DNA of 64,000 nucleotides from an uncultured delta proteobacterium (GCA_963716725.1 CAVQUB010000020.1:1-64000); one strand, 5' to 3'; shown: positions 49,517 to 60,195, counted from the first letter of the stretch. Program-made: numbers and translations. The notes: generated from the sequence alone by a model not told the origin.

Positions 49517-52281
49517 AACTCACCTCGCACACCCACGCTGGGGATGATGGGCAGACCGGTCTGGAAGGTCTCTTGGGTGTAATTGTAGTTGTAAGCGAGG
49601 TCCTCGACCGCCTGATTGTTGTAGACGTTGTACACGTCGAGATACGCCGAGAGTCGCCAGTCTTGGAACTGCCACGACTTGTCGACCCGCATGTCGAGCT
49701 GATGGAAGAGCGGCAAACGCCGGCTATTGGGCTTGCCCGTGAGCTGAGCGTAAGAGCCGGAGTCGGCCGCGTAGAGCGCCGGCAGCGCGGGCGGTTGCAG
49801 CACCGGCGTCGTGAGCGGGCCGGACACCAGGCGGAAGCGGGAGCCGAACTCCCACCCGCGTCCGAGCCGGTAGCTGCCGAGCGCGATCAGGTTGTGAGTC
49901 TGATCGAACTGGTAGAGATACTCCTCGTCGTCCGGCCGGTTCTGACGCACGGAGCGCGACAGTGTGTAGGCAATCCATCCGAAGAAGTTGGCGTCTGGCT
50001 TGTATTTGAGCAGAGCTTCCAGGCCGATCACCGAGCCCTGACCCTGGTTGTCGTAAGCGAACGCCCCGCTGGTGTCGGCGCTGCGACTGACGAGCTGAGT
50101 CAGGTCTTTGTAGAAGCCTTCGAGGGACAGCTCGATGCGACGGGACAACTCTTGCTCCGCGCCGATGGAATAGTGAATTGCGCGATTCGACTTCAGGTTC
50201 GGCGTGCCGAAGACCGGCTCGGTCTCCTGGAACTGAGGCGCCTGATGGAAGAGCCCCACGCCGCCCTTGATGGTGGTGCGCAGGCGCTTCTGCCCAATGG
50301 CCTCGTCTTCGTCGGACGCGACGGACGGCACCAGGTCGTAGCGAGCGTTGATGCGAGGGCTGAAGTCGGCGTGACCCGAGTCGCGGGCGTAGTCGACGCG
50401 GAAGCCGGGCACGATGCGCGCCCGCCTCGTCGGGGTCCACTCACCCTCGAGGTACCAGGCCGGACGAAAGGCCATCCCGGAGGCCTGGGTCTCGAAGATC
50501 TGCCGCGTGGCGAAGGGCCCTGGATCCGGCTCGCCCGGGCGCGGCGGCAGCGGGGCCCGGACCTGCACGTCGTAGGGAGCCACCAAGAAGTCGTAGCCAG
50601 CATAGAGCTTGAAACCCCGCGTGGCCTTGAACGCGAACTCCGTCCGGGCCGCGACGGGGTAAGTGTCGATCTGCAACTTGATGTTGCCCAAGGAGAACTG
50701 GATCAGATCCGATCCAGCCGAAACCATGGTGTTCACGTCCACGTCCGCCGAGAGCTCGCCCGTGTAGAGCGCCTGCGCACGGTGAGAACCCGTTCGGAAA
50801 GTGAGATTCCCGCCGAGCACGGGGTCGGCCGCCAATGGATCGCGGATCAGGATCTCGAGGCGATCGTCCGAGCCCCAGGCGCGCAGACTGAGCTTGCTCT
50901 TGGCCGAGGGTTTGTTCTCGGCGATGACCTGATAGTCCCAGTACACCGGCGCCGAGGTGACGCCCGCGCCGGTCTGCTCGAGCACGGGCTTGACCCAGGC
51001 GTCGATCCAGCTGCGGCGCGCGCCCGCCGCGAACGACCAGCCCTTGAGGGGTCCGATCGGTCCCTGAGCGAGCACCCGAGCGTCGATCAAGTCGACCTGC
51101 GCCAGCCCGTGATAGCAGCCCTTCTTCTCCGTCTTCTTGCCGTAGGGGCCGTCGCAGTTCGTATTCGGAGACCGCAGCCCGACGTCGACGATCCCGCCCA
51201 TCACCCGCCCGTAGCGGGCGCTGAAATTGCCGGGATAGAAATCGATGCGCTCGAGCAGCTCGGTGGGGACCACGCTCGACAGTCCACCAAAGTGGTAGAT
51301 GAGTGGTACCAGCGTTCCGTCGATGAAGGTGTTGGTGTCCTGGGGCGCGGAGCCGCGCACGATGAGGAGCCCAGCCAGACCCGGCGGGCGGGCGACCCCG
51401 GGCAGATTCTGAATCGACCTGAGCGCGTCTCCGCTGGTGCCGGGGATGCGGGAGATTTCCCGACGTTCGAGCGTGCGCCGGGTCACCTCGCGGGGTGGGC
51501 GCTCCCCTTGCACGGTGACCTCGAAGCCTTCGGTGGCGGGGGCGAGTCGATAGGTGATCTCCGCGGCTTCTCCCGCGACGACCGCTTCGTCGCTCTCCTG
51601 CCCGCGATAGCCGTCTGCCCTCAGCGCCACCTTGTACGTGCCGGGTGGGAGGTTTTCGATGCCCCACTTGCCGTCCGCGTCCGTGGTGATCCGACGAACC
51701 CCGCCATCGGGAAAGGTGACCACGACCTCGGCGCCCGCGAGGGGCACATTGGTGCCGGCAATCCGCAGCGAGCCCCCGAGGTTCCCAGTCTTCGGTGCGG
51801 CCGGGACCTTGGGTTTCTCACCCGGGGCGGGCGGGATCTCTTTCAGCGTGAACGAGTACTTGTACAGGATCTTGGCGGCGATCGGCTTGCCGTCGCGGGT
51901 AGCGGGCTCGAACACGAACTCGAGGGCCGCGGTCTTCGCCGCGCCGTCGAAACCGTGTCCGGCTGGCTCGGCCACCTCGGCTCGGGTGACCTTCCCCGTC
52001 GCGTCGATGGAGAGCTCGAGCACGACGTCGCCCTGGGTGCCCGCCTTTTGCGCCTCGGGTGGGTATGGGGCGCTGACGAATCGAAGCAGCTTCGGCGGGA
52101 CCACCACCGGCTTCTTGGGGGCGTCTTCCGGGGGCGGTGCCTTCACCACCGCGCCAGCGCCGCCGCGTGGGACCGCGCCGGTCCCGCGGTCGTCCTCCTG
52201 AGCGCGAGCAACCAGAGACCACCCGCTCGTCGCGACGGCGACGATCAGAGCAATCGATGGAGACGCGGGGGATCGGAACAC
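49513..52281 (-). CDS. TonB-dependent receptor with N-terminal TonB-C and carboxypeptidase-regulatory-like domains (start approximate)
   Basis: PYPPEA...GDVVLELSIDATG...GHGFD...FEPA (TonB-C); IPGTSGDALRSIQNLPGV plug; RLPLFHQLDMRVDK...GVRGEF barrel end. Confidence 0.9.
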   Translation of the reverse strand: MFRSPASPSIALIVAVATSGWSLVARAQEDDRGTGAVPRGGAGAVVKAPPPEDAPKKPVVVPPKLLRFVSAPYPPEAQKAGTQGDVVLELSIDATGKVTRAEVAEPAGHGFDGAAKTAALEFVFEPATRDGKPIAAKILYKYSFTLKEIPPAPGEKPKVPAAPKTGNLGGSLRIAGTNVPLAGAEVVVTFPDGGVRRITTDADGKWGIENLPPGTYKVALRADGYRGQESDEAVVAGEAAEITYRLAPATEGFEVTVQGERPPREVTRRTLERREISRIPGTSGDALRSIQNLPGVARPPGLAGLLIVRGSAPQDTNTFIDGTLVPLIYHFGGLSSVVPTELLERIDFYPGNFSARYGRVMGGIVDVGLRSPNTNCDGPYGKKTEKKGCYHGLAQVDLIDARVLAQGPIGPLKGWSFAAGARRSWIDAWVKPVLEQTGAGVTSAPVYWDYQVIAENKPSAKSKLSLRAWGSDDRLEILIRDPLAADPVLGGNLTFRTGSHRAQALYTGELSADVDVNTMVSAGSDLIQFSLGNIKLQIDTYPVAARTEFAFKATRGFKLYAGYDFLVAPYDVQVRAPLPPRPGEPDPGPFATRQIFETQASGMAFRPAWYLEGEWTPTRRARIVPGFRVDYARDSGHADFSPRINARYDLVPSVASDEDEAIGQKRLRTTIKGGVGLFHQAPQFQETEPVFGTPNLKSNRAIHYSIGAEQELSRRIELSLEGFYKDLTQLVSRSADTSGAFAYDNQGQGSVIGLEALLKYKPDANFFGWIAYTLSRSVRQNRPDDEEYLYQFDQTHNLIALGSYRLGRGWEFGSRFRLVSGPLTTPVLQPPALPALYAADSGSYAQLTGKPNSRRLPLFHQLDMRVDKSWQFQDWRLSAYLDVYNVYNNQAVEDLAYNYNYTQETFQTGLPIIPSVGVRGEF

Positions 52282-52448
52282 GATGGGACGAGGGGCTCGG
52301 GCGCGCCCATGGCGCGGCACGTCAGGAACTCTCGTAGCGCGCGGGTCCGCCGCTGACAACGGCCTTGACGCTCCGGCGAACTTCCGGCCATCCACCAAGT
52401 CGTGATAGTTGCGGGCACGGTCCACGTCGGACCCTCAGGAGCGTCCCG

Positions 52449-53768
52449 GTGGCGACCAAGAAGAAGCGACCCGAAGTCTCGAACAAGGTTCCTTTGACCG
52501 AGGGTGCGACGCCGTCGTCGGCCTTCGACAACGCCCTGGTCCAGTTCAACCGGGCAGCGAAGATCATCAAGCTGACATCGGATCAAATCGCGCTGATCCG
52601 AGAGCCCCGCCGCATCGTGGAGTGCAAGCTTCCCGTGCGCATGGACGACGGCTCGATCCACGCATTCAAGGGCTACCGCGTGCACCACAACATCGCGCGA
52701 GGTCCGGCCAAGGGCGGCGTGCGCTTTCACCCGGACGTTTCTCTGGACGAGGTCAAAGCGCTGGCATTCTGGATGACCTTCAAGTGCGCCACCATCGGCA
52801 TCCCCATGGGCGGCGGCAAGGGGGGCGTGATCGTCGATCCGACCAAGCTCAGCCTGGGCGAACTCGAGCGCCTCTCACGGCGCTACTTCGCCGAGATGAT
52901 CGAGCTCTTCGGGCCCGACCGAGACGTGCCCGCCCCGGACGTGAACACCAACCCGCAGGTCATGGCCTGGTTCATGGACACCTACTCGATGCACCACGGC
53001 GGCAACTACTTGCCCGCGGTGGTCACAGGCAAGCCCATCGAGATCGGCGGCTCGGTCGGACGCAGCTCAGCCACGGCGCAGGGCATGGTGTTCTGCGTCC
53101 GTCGCGCCGCGGCGCACCTCGGCCTCGGCCTCGCCGGCGCGACCGTCGCGGTCCAAGGCTTCGGCAACGCCGGCTCCTTCGCGGCGAAGCTGCTCGCCGA
53201 GCAGGGCTGCAAGATCATGGCCATCTCGGACGTGTCCGGTGCGTTCACCTGCAAGGCCGGCATCGACACCGACGCCGCCATCGCCCATGTGGCCAAGCAC
53301 AAAACGCTCGCCGGCTTCGATCGCGTGCGGGGCGTCGAGAAGATGAAGGAAGCGCTCGGGCTGCTCGAGCTCCCGGTGGACATCCTGATCCCGGCCGCGC
53401 TCGAGAATCAGATCACGAGCAAGAACGCCAAACGCGTCAAGGCCAAGCTGATTGCCGAATGCGCCAACGGACCGTGCACGCCGGAGGCCGACGACATCCT
53501 GGAAAAGAAGCGCGTGTTCGTGATCCCGGACATCTTGTGCAACGCGGGCGGCGTGGCGGTCTCGTACCTCGAGTGGGTGCAAAACCGCATGGGCTACTAC
53601 TGGCGCTATCCGCGGGTGCTCAGAGATCTGGAGGACATGATGAACACTGCCTTCGACACCGTGCTCGAGACCTCGCTCGAACACGACGTGCCGCTGCGAA
53701 CCGCGGCTTTCATCGTGTCCATCGCCCGGGTGGCCCGGGCGAGTGAGCTTCGCGGCCTCTACGCCTGA
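52449..53768 (+). CDS. gdhA: Glu/Leu/Phe/Val dehydrogenase (glutamate dehydrogenase)
   Basis: GPAKGGVRFHP, GGGKGG, DVPAPD, VQGFGNAG, NAGGV; AGGAG RBS before GTG 52449. Confidence 0.94.
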   Translation: MATKKKRPEVSNKVPLTEGATPSSAFDNALVQFNRAAKIIKLTSDQIALIREPRRIVECKLPVRMDDGSIHAFKGYRVHHNIARGPAKGGVRFHPDVSLDEVKALAFWMTFKCATIGIPMGGGKGGVIVDPTKLSLGELERLSRRYFAEMIELFGPDRDVPAPDVNTNPQVMAWFMDTYSMHHGGNYLPAVVTGKPIEIGGSVGRSSATAQGMVFCVRRAAAHLGLGLAGATVAVQGFGNAGSFAAKLLAEQGCKIMAISDVSGAFTCKAGIDTDAAIAHVAKHKTLAGFDRVRGVEKMKEALGLLELPVDILIPAALENQITSKNAKRVKAKLIAECANGPCTPEADDILEKKRVFVIPDILCNAGGVAVSYLEWVQNRMGYYWRYPRVLRDLEDMMNTAFDTVLETSLEHDVPLRTAAFIVSIARVARASELRGLYA

Positions 53769-53771
53769 GCC

Positions 53772-54533
53772 ATGCGCATCGCGACCTGGAACGTGAACTC
53801 GATTCGGGCGCGGATCGACGCCGTGGTGGATTGGGTCGGGCGGTTGGAGCCCGACGTCTTGTGCATGCAAGAGACGAAGGTCGTCGACGACGACTTCCCG
53901 ACCGACGAGCTCCAGCGGCTCGGCTACGCGGTGGCCATGGCCGGACAGAAGACCTACAACGGCGTGGCCATTGCTTCCCGCTTGCCCATGCGCGACCTGA
54001 GCATCGGTCATTCGGATGGCGCCGCCGACCCCGAGCAGCGCCTCATCGCAGCCACCATCGGCGGCCTGCGCGTGCTGTCCGCGTACATCCCGAACGGCAA
54101 GGCCATCGACAACCCGAGCTTCGCGGCGAAGCTTCGCTTTTTCGAGCGTCTCACTCGGACGCTCGAACCGCTCGGGAGCGTGGCCTTGTGCGGCGACTTC
54201 AACGTGGCACCGGACGAACGCGACGTCTTCGACCCCGAACAGATGCGGGGTCAACTGCACTTCCACCCGGACGAGCACCAGGCCCTGGCCCGGCTGATGG
54301 CGCTCGGGCTGGTCGACGCCTACCGCCTGCACCACCCGGAGGCCGAGCGCTACTCGTGGTGGGACTATCGCGGCGGAGGGATCCAGAAGAACCAGGGCCT
54401 GCGCATCGATCTGGTGTTGCTCAGCCGCGACTTGGCGGAGAGGTGCACCGGCGCGGAAATCGACCTGGCCGAGCGCCAGAAGTCGAGGCCCTCGGACCAC
54501 GCGCCGGTCTTCGTTGACGTCGATTGCGGCTGA
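53772..54533 (+). CDS. xth: Exodeoxyribonuclease III
   Basis: ATWNVNS, QETK, YNGVA, GDFN, YSWWDYR, GLRID, SDHAP. Confidence 0.96.
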   Translation: MRIATWNVNSIRARIDAVVDWVGRLEPDVLCMQETKVVDDDFPTDELQRLGYAVAMAGQKTYNGVAIASRLPMRDLSIGHSDGAADPEQRLIAATIGGLRVLSAYIPNGKAIDNPSFAAKLRFFERLTRTLEPLGSVALCGDFNVAPDERDVFDPEQMRGQLHFHPDEHQALARLMALGLVDAYRLHHPEAERYSWWDYRGGGIQKNQGLRIDLVLLSRDLAERCTGAEIDLAERQKSRPSDHAPVFVDVDCG

Positions 54534-54578
54534 CCCCCCACTGCCACACCGCGCGGGCGTGCGCTAAGACAGCGAGCG

Positions 54579-55172
54579 ATGTTTCGGACTCTCCTGCTTT
54601 CGAGCCTGGCGCTGTGCTTCTCGGCCTGCGCTGCCGCCCCAGCCCCACCGACCACGCCGGAGCCGGCGGCTCCCACCGCACCCGCGCCAAGCGCGCCGAG
54701 CACGCCCCATGCCGACGACGCCCCCGCTGCGACGCCGGTCGAGGTGACACTCGAGGCCAAGAGCGGCAGCAAGCTGGCGGGCAAGGCCGTCCTGGTTGAA
54801 ACCGCCGACGGCGTGAGGGTGACGCTCTCGGTGAGCGGTATCTCGCCCGGGCTCCACGGCGCTCACGTGCACGAGAACGGCGACTGCAGCTCCGCCGACG
54901 GAAAGAGCGCGGGCGGGCACTTCAACCCGGGCGGGCACGACCACGGGATGCCATCGGTCGACCAGCGGCATCTTGGCGATCTGGGCAACGTCGACGTGAA
55001 CGCCGACGGCGAGGGAAAGTTGGAGATCCATGCGCCGGGGGCCAACCTGAAGCCAGGAGATCCGAGCTCATTCTTGGGGCGAGCGATCATCGTTCACGAA
55101 AAGAAGGACGACGGGGGTCAGCCCGTCGGCAACGCTGGCGGCCGCATCGGCTGCGGGGTCATCGCGCGCTGA
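54579..55172 (+). CDS. sodC: Cu/Zn superoxide dismutase lipoprotein
   Basis: HGAHVHE, AGGHFNP, HLGDLGN, IIVHEKKDD, GNAGGRIGCGVI. Confidence 0.95.
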   Translation: MFRTLLLSSLALCFSACAAAPAPPTTPEPAAPTAPAPSAPSTPHADDAPAATPVEVTLEAKSGSKLAGKAVLVETADGVRVTLSVSGISPGLHGAHVHENGDCSSADGKSAGGHFNPGGHDHGMPSVDQRHLGDLGNVDVNADGEGKLEIHAPGANLKPGDPSSFLGRAIIVHEKKDDGGQPVGNAGGRIGCGVIAR

Positions 55173-55173
55173 C

Positions 55174-56262
55174 TCACTCGGCGGCGGTGAGCGATGCCGC
55201 GTGGGCGAGTTCGATTTCACGCAACAACGGCACCGCCGCGACCGCGATGCGACCGCGCTCGAGCAGGTCTTCGGCGGCCGGATCAGCTGCAAAATGCCGC
55301 GTCACCCGCGCCAGCGCCGTGAGGTAGACGATCTCGCGCGCGAGTCCTCCGCCACGATGAACACGCATGGAGATGGCGATGGCCGGGTCGATGGCGGTCC
55401 CCAGCCGACGGAGCAGTCGGACGGTCTCCACGAAGTTCGCGCCACGCTTCACCGCGAGCGCTGCTAGATGCCGCTGCCCCAGCTCCGCGCGGCGCTCGGT
55501 CCCGAGACAACCGGCCCGCTGCTCGATCAGGAGCGCGCGCCCCTCCTCGTCGTCGGAGCCGACCGCCGTGCCCACCGCGAAAATCCCCAATCGCTCGCGC
55601 TTGGCCCGGGCCCGAGGCATCGCGTGCCCGTCGACCTCGTGACGTACGATGCGCTCGGACTCGGACCCCAGGAGGCGCGCGCCGCTTCTGATCACGATCA
55701 CCCCGTCACCTGTCGCCGCCAGCGATACGAGGTCGGGGCGGACGACCACACGAAAGGGCAAGCGCCGCTCGCCCACAGCCTGGCGCATCAGCGAGATCAG
55801 GCTCTGGGTGTTGCTTTCGTCGTCGCTCGCGATGCCGTCCCCGGCGTCGCGTCCGCCCCGATCCCACGCCCACTGGCGCGCCCAACTCAGCGCTTGGTCG
55901 CCGTCCACGCCGGCATCGACGGGGTAGCGTCGGGCAGCGTGGACCTCGAAGCGATGCGCACCGATCTGCTCGGCCAGCTCTGCCTCGATGGCCAGCTCCC
56001 GCGCGCGGGCGGCCAAGAGCGGAAAGACGCCCTCCCACTTCTCGGTGCGCGTCGCGATCGCTTCGAGCGATGCCCGCAGCCCCCGCAGATCGACCAAAGG
56101 CGCAAAACTCCAGGCCGGATCAAGCTCTTGGCCCCGCTTCCATGCCTCCGCGAGCCGAGCACACTCGGTCCGCGCGCCCAGCGGACGACAGCGTTCGATG
56201 AGTGCGATGCTGCGCTCCGCCCGCGCGAGCCCCCGCTCGATCGTCAGGGGCTCTCGGCTCAT
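55174..56262 (-). CDS. DUF1704 / MATCAP-like (QEGLA-motif) metallocarboxypeptidase
   Basis: HEVDGH zinc motif, DEEGRAL, RVHRGGGLAREIVYL. Confidence 0.78.
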   Translation of the reverse strand: MSREPLTIERGLARAERSIALIERCRPLGARTECARLAEAWKRGQELDPAWSFAPLVDLRGLRASLEAIATRTEKWEGVFPLLAARARELAIEAELAEQIGAHRFEVHAARRYPVDAGVDGDQALSWARQWAWDRGGRDAGDGIASDDESNTQSLISLMRQAVGERRLPFRVVVRPDLVSLAATGDGVIVIRSGARLLGSESERIVRHEVDGHAMPRARAKRERLGIFAVGTAVGSDDEEGRALLIEQRAGCLGTERRAELGQRHLAALAVKRGANFVETVRLLRRLGTAIDPAIAISMRVHRGGGLAREIVYLTALARVTRHFAADPAAEDLLERGRIAVAAVPLLREIELAHAASLTAAE

Positions 56263-57579
56263 AGCTTGTTGGCGGCGATGTTCGCGAGCTCGCTGCGTTC
56301 ACCTTTGGCGAGCAACATGTGCGCGGTGATGCTCTCACCGCGCAATCGATCGGCCGCGACGCTGAGACCGTTGGTGGCGCTGTCCACGTAGGGGTTGTCA
56401 ATCTGGAAGGGATCCCCGGTCAGGACGATCTTGGTTCCCTCACCGCAGCGGGTGATCACCGTCTTGACTTCGTGAGGCGTGAGGTTCTGCGCCTCGTCGA
56501 CGATCACGTACTGCTGCGGGAGGCTGCGCCCACGGATGTAGGTGAGCGGCTCGACCTGGACTTGCCCGGAGTCGAGCAGCTCTTCGAAGCCGCGCGCACC
56601 CCGACGCTTGCCGCCGCCGGCAGCCAACAAGAACTCGAGGTTGTCGAAGATCGGCTGCATCCAGGGGTTCAGCTTCTCCTCGATGTCACCGGGAAGAAAT
56701 CCGAGGTCTCGACCCATCGGCATGACCGGGCGACTCACCAGCAGGCGCGCGTAAGCGCCGTCGTCCACCGTCCGCCTCAGACCAGCAGCGAGCGCGAGCA
56801 GGGTCTTGCCGGTGCCCGCCTTGCCCACCATGGTGACCAGCCGAATCGAATCGTCGAGCAAGAGATCGAGCGCGAAGCTCTGTTCCTTGTTGCGCGGCCG
56901 GATGCCCGAGAGCCCCTCCCGCGGCGTCCGGAGCGCGCGCATCTCGGCCTTTTCGGCGTTGAATCGCGCCAGCCCCGTGCGCTGCCGCGGGCTGTCGTCG
57001 CGCATCAAGACGCAGACGTTCGCGTACAGGTTGGCCTGCCCACTTGCGGCGAGCACGCCGGTCTCGAAGAAGCGATCCATCTCGTCAGCTTTGACCAAGA
57101 GCTCGACCACGCCCGTGTCCAGGTGCTCGACATCCACGGACTGATTTTCGTAGGCCTGAGTCGGCAGCCCGAAGGCGTCCGCGCGAATTCGCAGGTTCAC
57201 GTCCATGGTGACGAAGATGGTCGGACGATCGGGGTACTGCGCCTTGAGCTCGACCGCGCACTGCAAGATGGCGTGATCGCCCGACGAGGGGCGCAATGCG
57301 ATCTTCACCTCGGGACGCGTGCGTCGGCACGTAAACGCGGAGCGTTCCGCCTTCGCTGGTCTTCACGCCCTCAGAGAGCGATCCGTACTTCTCGCGTTGA
57401 GCGTCGAGCAGGCGAGACACCGTCCGGGCGTTCCGACCGCGCTCGGCGTTGTCGCGCTTGAATTGATCGATCTCCTCGAGGACGTAGATCGGTAGGATCA
57501 GGTCGTTGTCCTCGAACTTGAAGATCGCGTAGGGATCGTGGAGCAGGACGTTCGTGTCGAGGACGTAGTTCTTCTTCAT
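56259..57579 (-). CDS. phoH: PhoH family protein (PIN + PhoH ATPase), frameshift near 57310
   Basis: YVLDTNVLLHDP PIN start; GKAGTGKT; GFLPG; YIRGRS; DEAQN; GDPFQID. Confidence 0.93.
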
Positions 57580-57843
57580 GAGGCTCCGGTCAGCCGCGAG
57601 CGGTACGTGTCGTCTGAGCAGTGTCCTCCCGCGCCGGTTGTCCTGCAACGAGCAATCACGGCGCGCTGCCCTTGCCTGACGTCGCGAAGCGAGCGACCCT
57701 CCGCCGCGTGTGCCCCAGGTTGGCGCTGTTTTCTGCGGCTTTGGTCCTGGGAGCCTGTTCGCTCGCCACGCCGGAAGTCGGCCAAAAAGTAGTCTTTTGA
57801 TTGGTTCGGGCCAAGACTTTCCGAGCCGATCCTGGGTACCCCC

Positions 57844-60195
57844 GTGGGCTTCTCTCTGAAGAGCTTCGTACTGCCTGCCGCCGCCGTGGCCTATGTGTGC
57901 TTCGGTGCGGTGTCGACGCGAGGCGGCACCTGGCCGTGGGTTGCGCTCGTGGGGCTGACCCTCGCGCTCGGGCTGGTGTGGCGCCGAACCGAGACCCCGC
58001 GCGCCGGCGAAGATCACACCGAGCTGATCGCTCGGCGCGTCGTGAGGGCGGTGGCCTGGGGCGCAGCGCTCTGGATCGCCGCGCGCACAGGCAGCGCAGG
58101 CAGCGCGGGCCTAGACGCCGTCGCCAACGTGGGCGTCGGCACGGCCACCGTTGCTGCGTTGGTCGGTCTGGCCCGAATCGCTTCGCTGGGTGGGTTACTC
58201 GCGCCGCCGGCCGCGACGCGCTCGCTCGACGCGGCCGGTTTCGCCGCGTTCCTCTGGGCTATCGCCGTTGCTGCTCCGGCAGCCCGGGCCACTCTGCCCG
58301 AACAGATGCTCCGGCTCGATCCGCTCGCCATCGACTACGCGACGACCAGCGCCGGCGCGGGAAGTTTGTTGGTGCTGGTGGCGGCGAGCCTGAGGCTTCG
58401 CGTTCTACGCCGTCTCGAACTCGGCGCCGCTGATCGCGCCACCGGCTCGCTGGCCTTGTCGTCGACGGCGCTGCTCGTGAGCGTGCCCGCGGCTTTGCTC
58501 GACGTTGCAGCTCCAGATCGCCTGCTTCCCGTCGCGGTGCTGTTGGCCGCGCTCGGAGTGACCTGGGCCGCCGCGACGCGCGAGCCCACCAGCGTGAGCC
58601 GCACCCTCCGCGGAGTGCTCGCTCTCGCCATTTTGGGCGCCCCGACCCTGCTCTTGACGGGCTTCGTCGCGAAGAGCGCACCCGCCCACGCAGGCGCGGT
58701 GGTGCTGGTAGCGTCGATCCTGGCGATCCTGATCGGGCTCATCGCCCGCCGGCTCGCGTCATCTCTCGCACCGGAGCAGGCGCGCTGGCTCGAAGCCATC
58801 GACGAGGCGAGCCGTGGGGCGCTCCAACCGGAGCCCGACGCCGCGATCGTCGCGGCGCTCTCGGCACTGTCGAAGGCCACGGCGGTTCCCGGAGCTCGCC
58901 CTGAGCTGTGGCGGAGCGATCCCGAAGAGGTGTTGAGCGTGGACCTCGCAGGTTACCTGCACGTCGAGCAGAGCGCCGCGCCTGAGCGGCTGTACGAGCT
59001 GGCCCTCGCCGAGCCCGAACGCACGCTGCGTACAGACGTGCTCGCCGCGCTTGAAGTGCGGCGACCCGAGGTCCGCCCGCTGCTCGCGTGGTTCAAGAGT
59101 CGAAAGGCGCTGAGCGCTACCGTCGTGCTCGACGAGGACGGACCCCTGGGGTTCCTGCTATTGCCACGAGGCGCTCGCACCAGCGCGATGATGCTGGAAG
59201 AAGTTCGGGCCATTCGTACGCTGACCGATCGCGTCAGCGCGCTGCTCGCCGTCTCATCCGCGTTGGCACGGTCGCGACAGCGGGAGCTCGCGGCCGTCGC
59301 CCGTGCGAATCGCGCGGACGACGAGGTCGATCGCCTCGGCCACATCATCGGGCTCGAGAGCGGACGCAACGTCGCGGTCGCCGAGCGCGCGGCGCGGCGC
59401 GCAAGGAGCGCCCTCTACAGCCCCGCCGCGCGCATGGCCGCCGACGAGCTCGAGCGCCTGGGTCGGCTCGGCGCGCCCGTCGTGCTGCGCACCCCGGCAG
59501 GAACCGACGCCGTGCCCTTCGCGGCGCTGGTGCACCTGGCGAGCCCGCGCTCTGGCGGACCATTCATCGTCGTCGACGGGAGGAGCGGACCGGACCACGA
59601 TCTCACGACCTGGCAGGACGCCGATCGCTCGCCCCTGGCGCTGGCCGACGGCGGTACGCTGTGCCTGCTCGACGTCGCCGCGTTGCCCGCCGAAGTCCAG
59701 GAGCACATCAGCCGGACCCTCTCGCGCCACAACGATGCGATGACCCGCGGCTCGATCACGCCCGCATCGCTCGTGGCGAGCGTGCGCGATCCGGTCGCGT
59801 CCCTCGCGGCTCAGGGTCGACTCGACGAGACCCTCGCCCGCTTCCTGGGCAGCGCAGAAGTGGTGTTGCCCGGCCTGGCAGAACGCGCGGAGGACCTCCG
59901 TTCGCTGGCCCTCGCGGCCCTCGCTCGAGCTGGCTTGGAGAAGAACGGCCGCCCCATGGGTCTCGACACGTCTGCGCTGCGCCTGTTGTCGGAGCACGAG
60001 TGGCCTGGCAACGACCACGAGTTCGAAGACGTACTGGGGCGCGCGACCCGGGCGGCCGCGGGCTCGGTGCTGACCGCGAGCGATCTCGCGGCCGTGGGGT
60101 TTTCGCCGCTGTCGCCCCTCGCTGCCAGTGTCACGCCGATCCCCGCGGTCACGCGCCGGCGGATCCGGGCGCGGCGTCCGCCTCGGAGCCGTTGA
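57844..60195 (+). CDS. Multi-TM membrane protein with degenerate sigma-54-activator-like AAA domain
   Basis: Roughly 8-9 hydrophobic segments; SPRSGGPFIVVD, LALADGGTLCLLDVAALP, LPGLAERAEDL, HEWPGN. No GAFTGA, no Walker A, no HTH. Confidence 0.75.
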   Translation: MGFSLKSFVLPAAAVAYVCFGAVSTRGGTWPWVALVGLTLALGLVWRRTETPRAGEDHTELIARRVVRAVAWGAALWIAARTGSAGSAGLDAVANVGVGTATVAALVGLARIASLGGLLAPPAATRSLDAAGFAAFLWAIAVAAPAARATLPEQMLRLDPLAIDYATTSAGAGSLLVLVAASLRLRVLRRLELGAADRATGSLALSSTALLVSVPAALLDVAAPDRLLPVAVLLAALGVTWAAATREPTSVSRTLRGVLALAILGAPTLLLTGFVAKSAPAHAGAVVLVASILAILIGLIARRLASSLAPEQARWLEAIDEASRGALQPEPDAAIVAALSALSKATAVPGARPELWRSDPEEVLSVDLAGYLHVEQSAAPERLYELALAEPERTLRTDVLAALEVRRPEVRPLLAWFKSRKALSATVVLDEDGPLGFLLLPRGARTSAMMLEEVRAIRTLTDRVSALLAVSSALARSRQRELAAVARANRADDEVDRLGHIIGLESGRNVAVAERAARRARSALYSPAARMAADELERLGRLGAPVVLRTPAGTDAVPFAALVHLASPRSGGPFIVVDGRSGPDHDLTTWQDADRSPLALADGGTLCLLDVAALPAEVQEHISRTLSRHNDAMTRGSITPASLVASVRDPVASLAAQGRLDETLARFLGSAEVVLPGLAERAEDLRSLALAALARAGLEKNGRPMGLDTSALRLLSEHEWPGNDHEFEDVLGRATRAAAGSVLTASDLAAVGFSPLSPLAASVTPIPAVTRRRIRARRPPRSR

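Noticed and set aside
49573..52356. 927-aa plus-strand ORF, and similar long antisense ORFs at 10518-12494, 23401-25011 and 43965-46061
   Set aside because: Shadow ORFs opposite well-supported genes, expected in high-GC DNA; no recognisable motifs.
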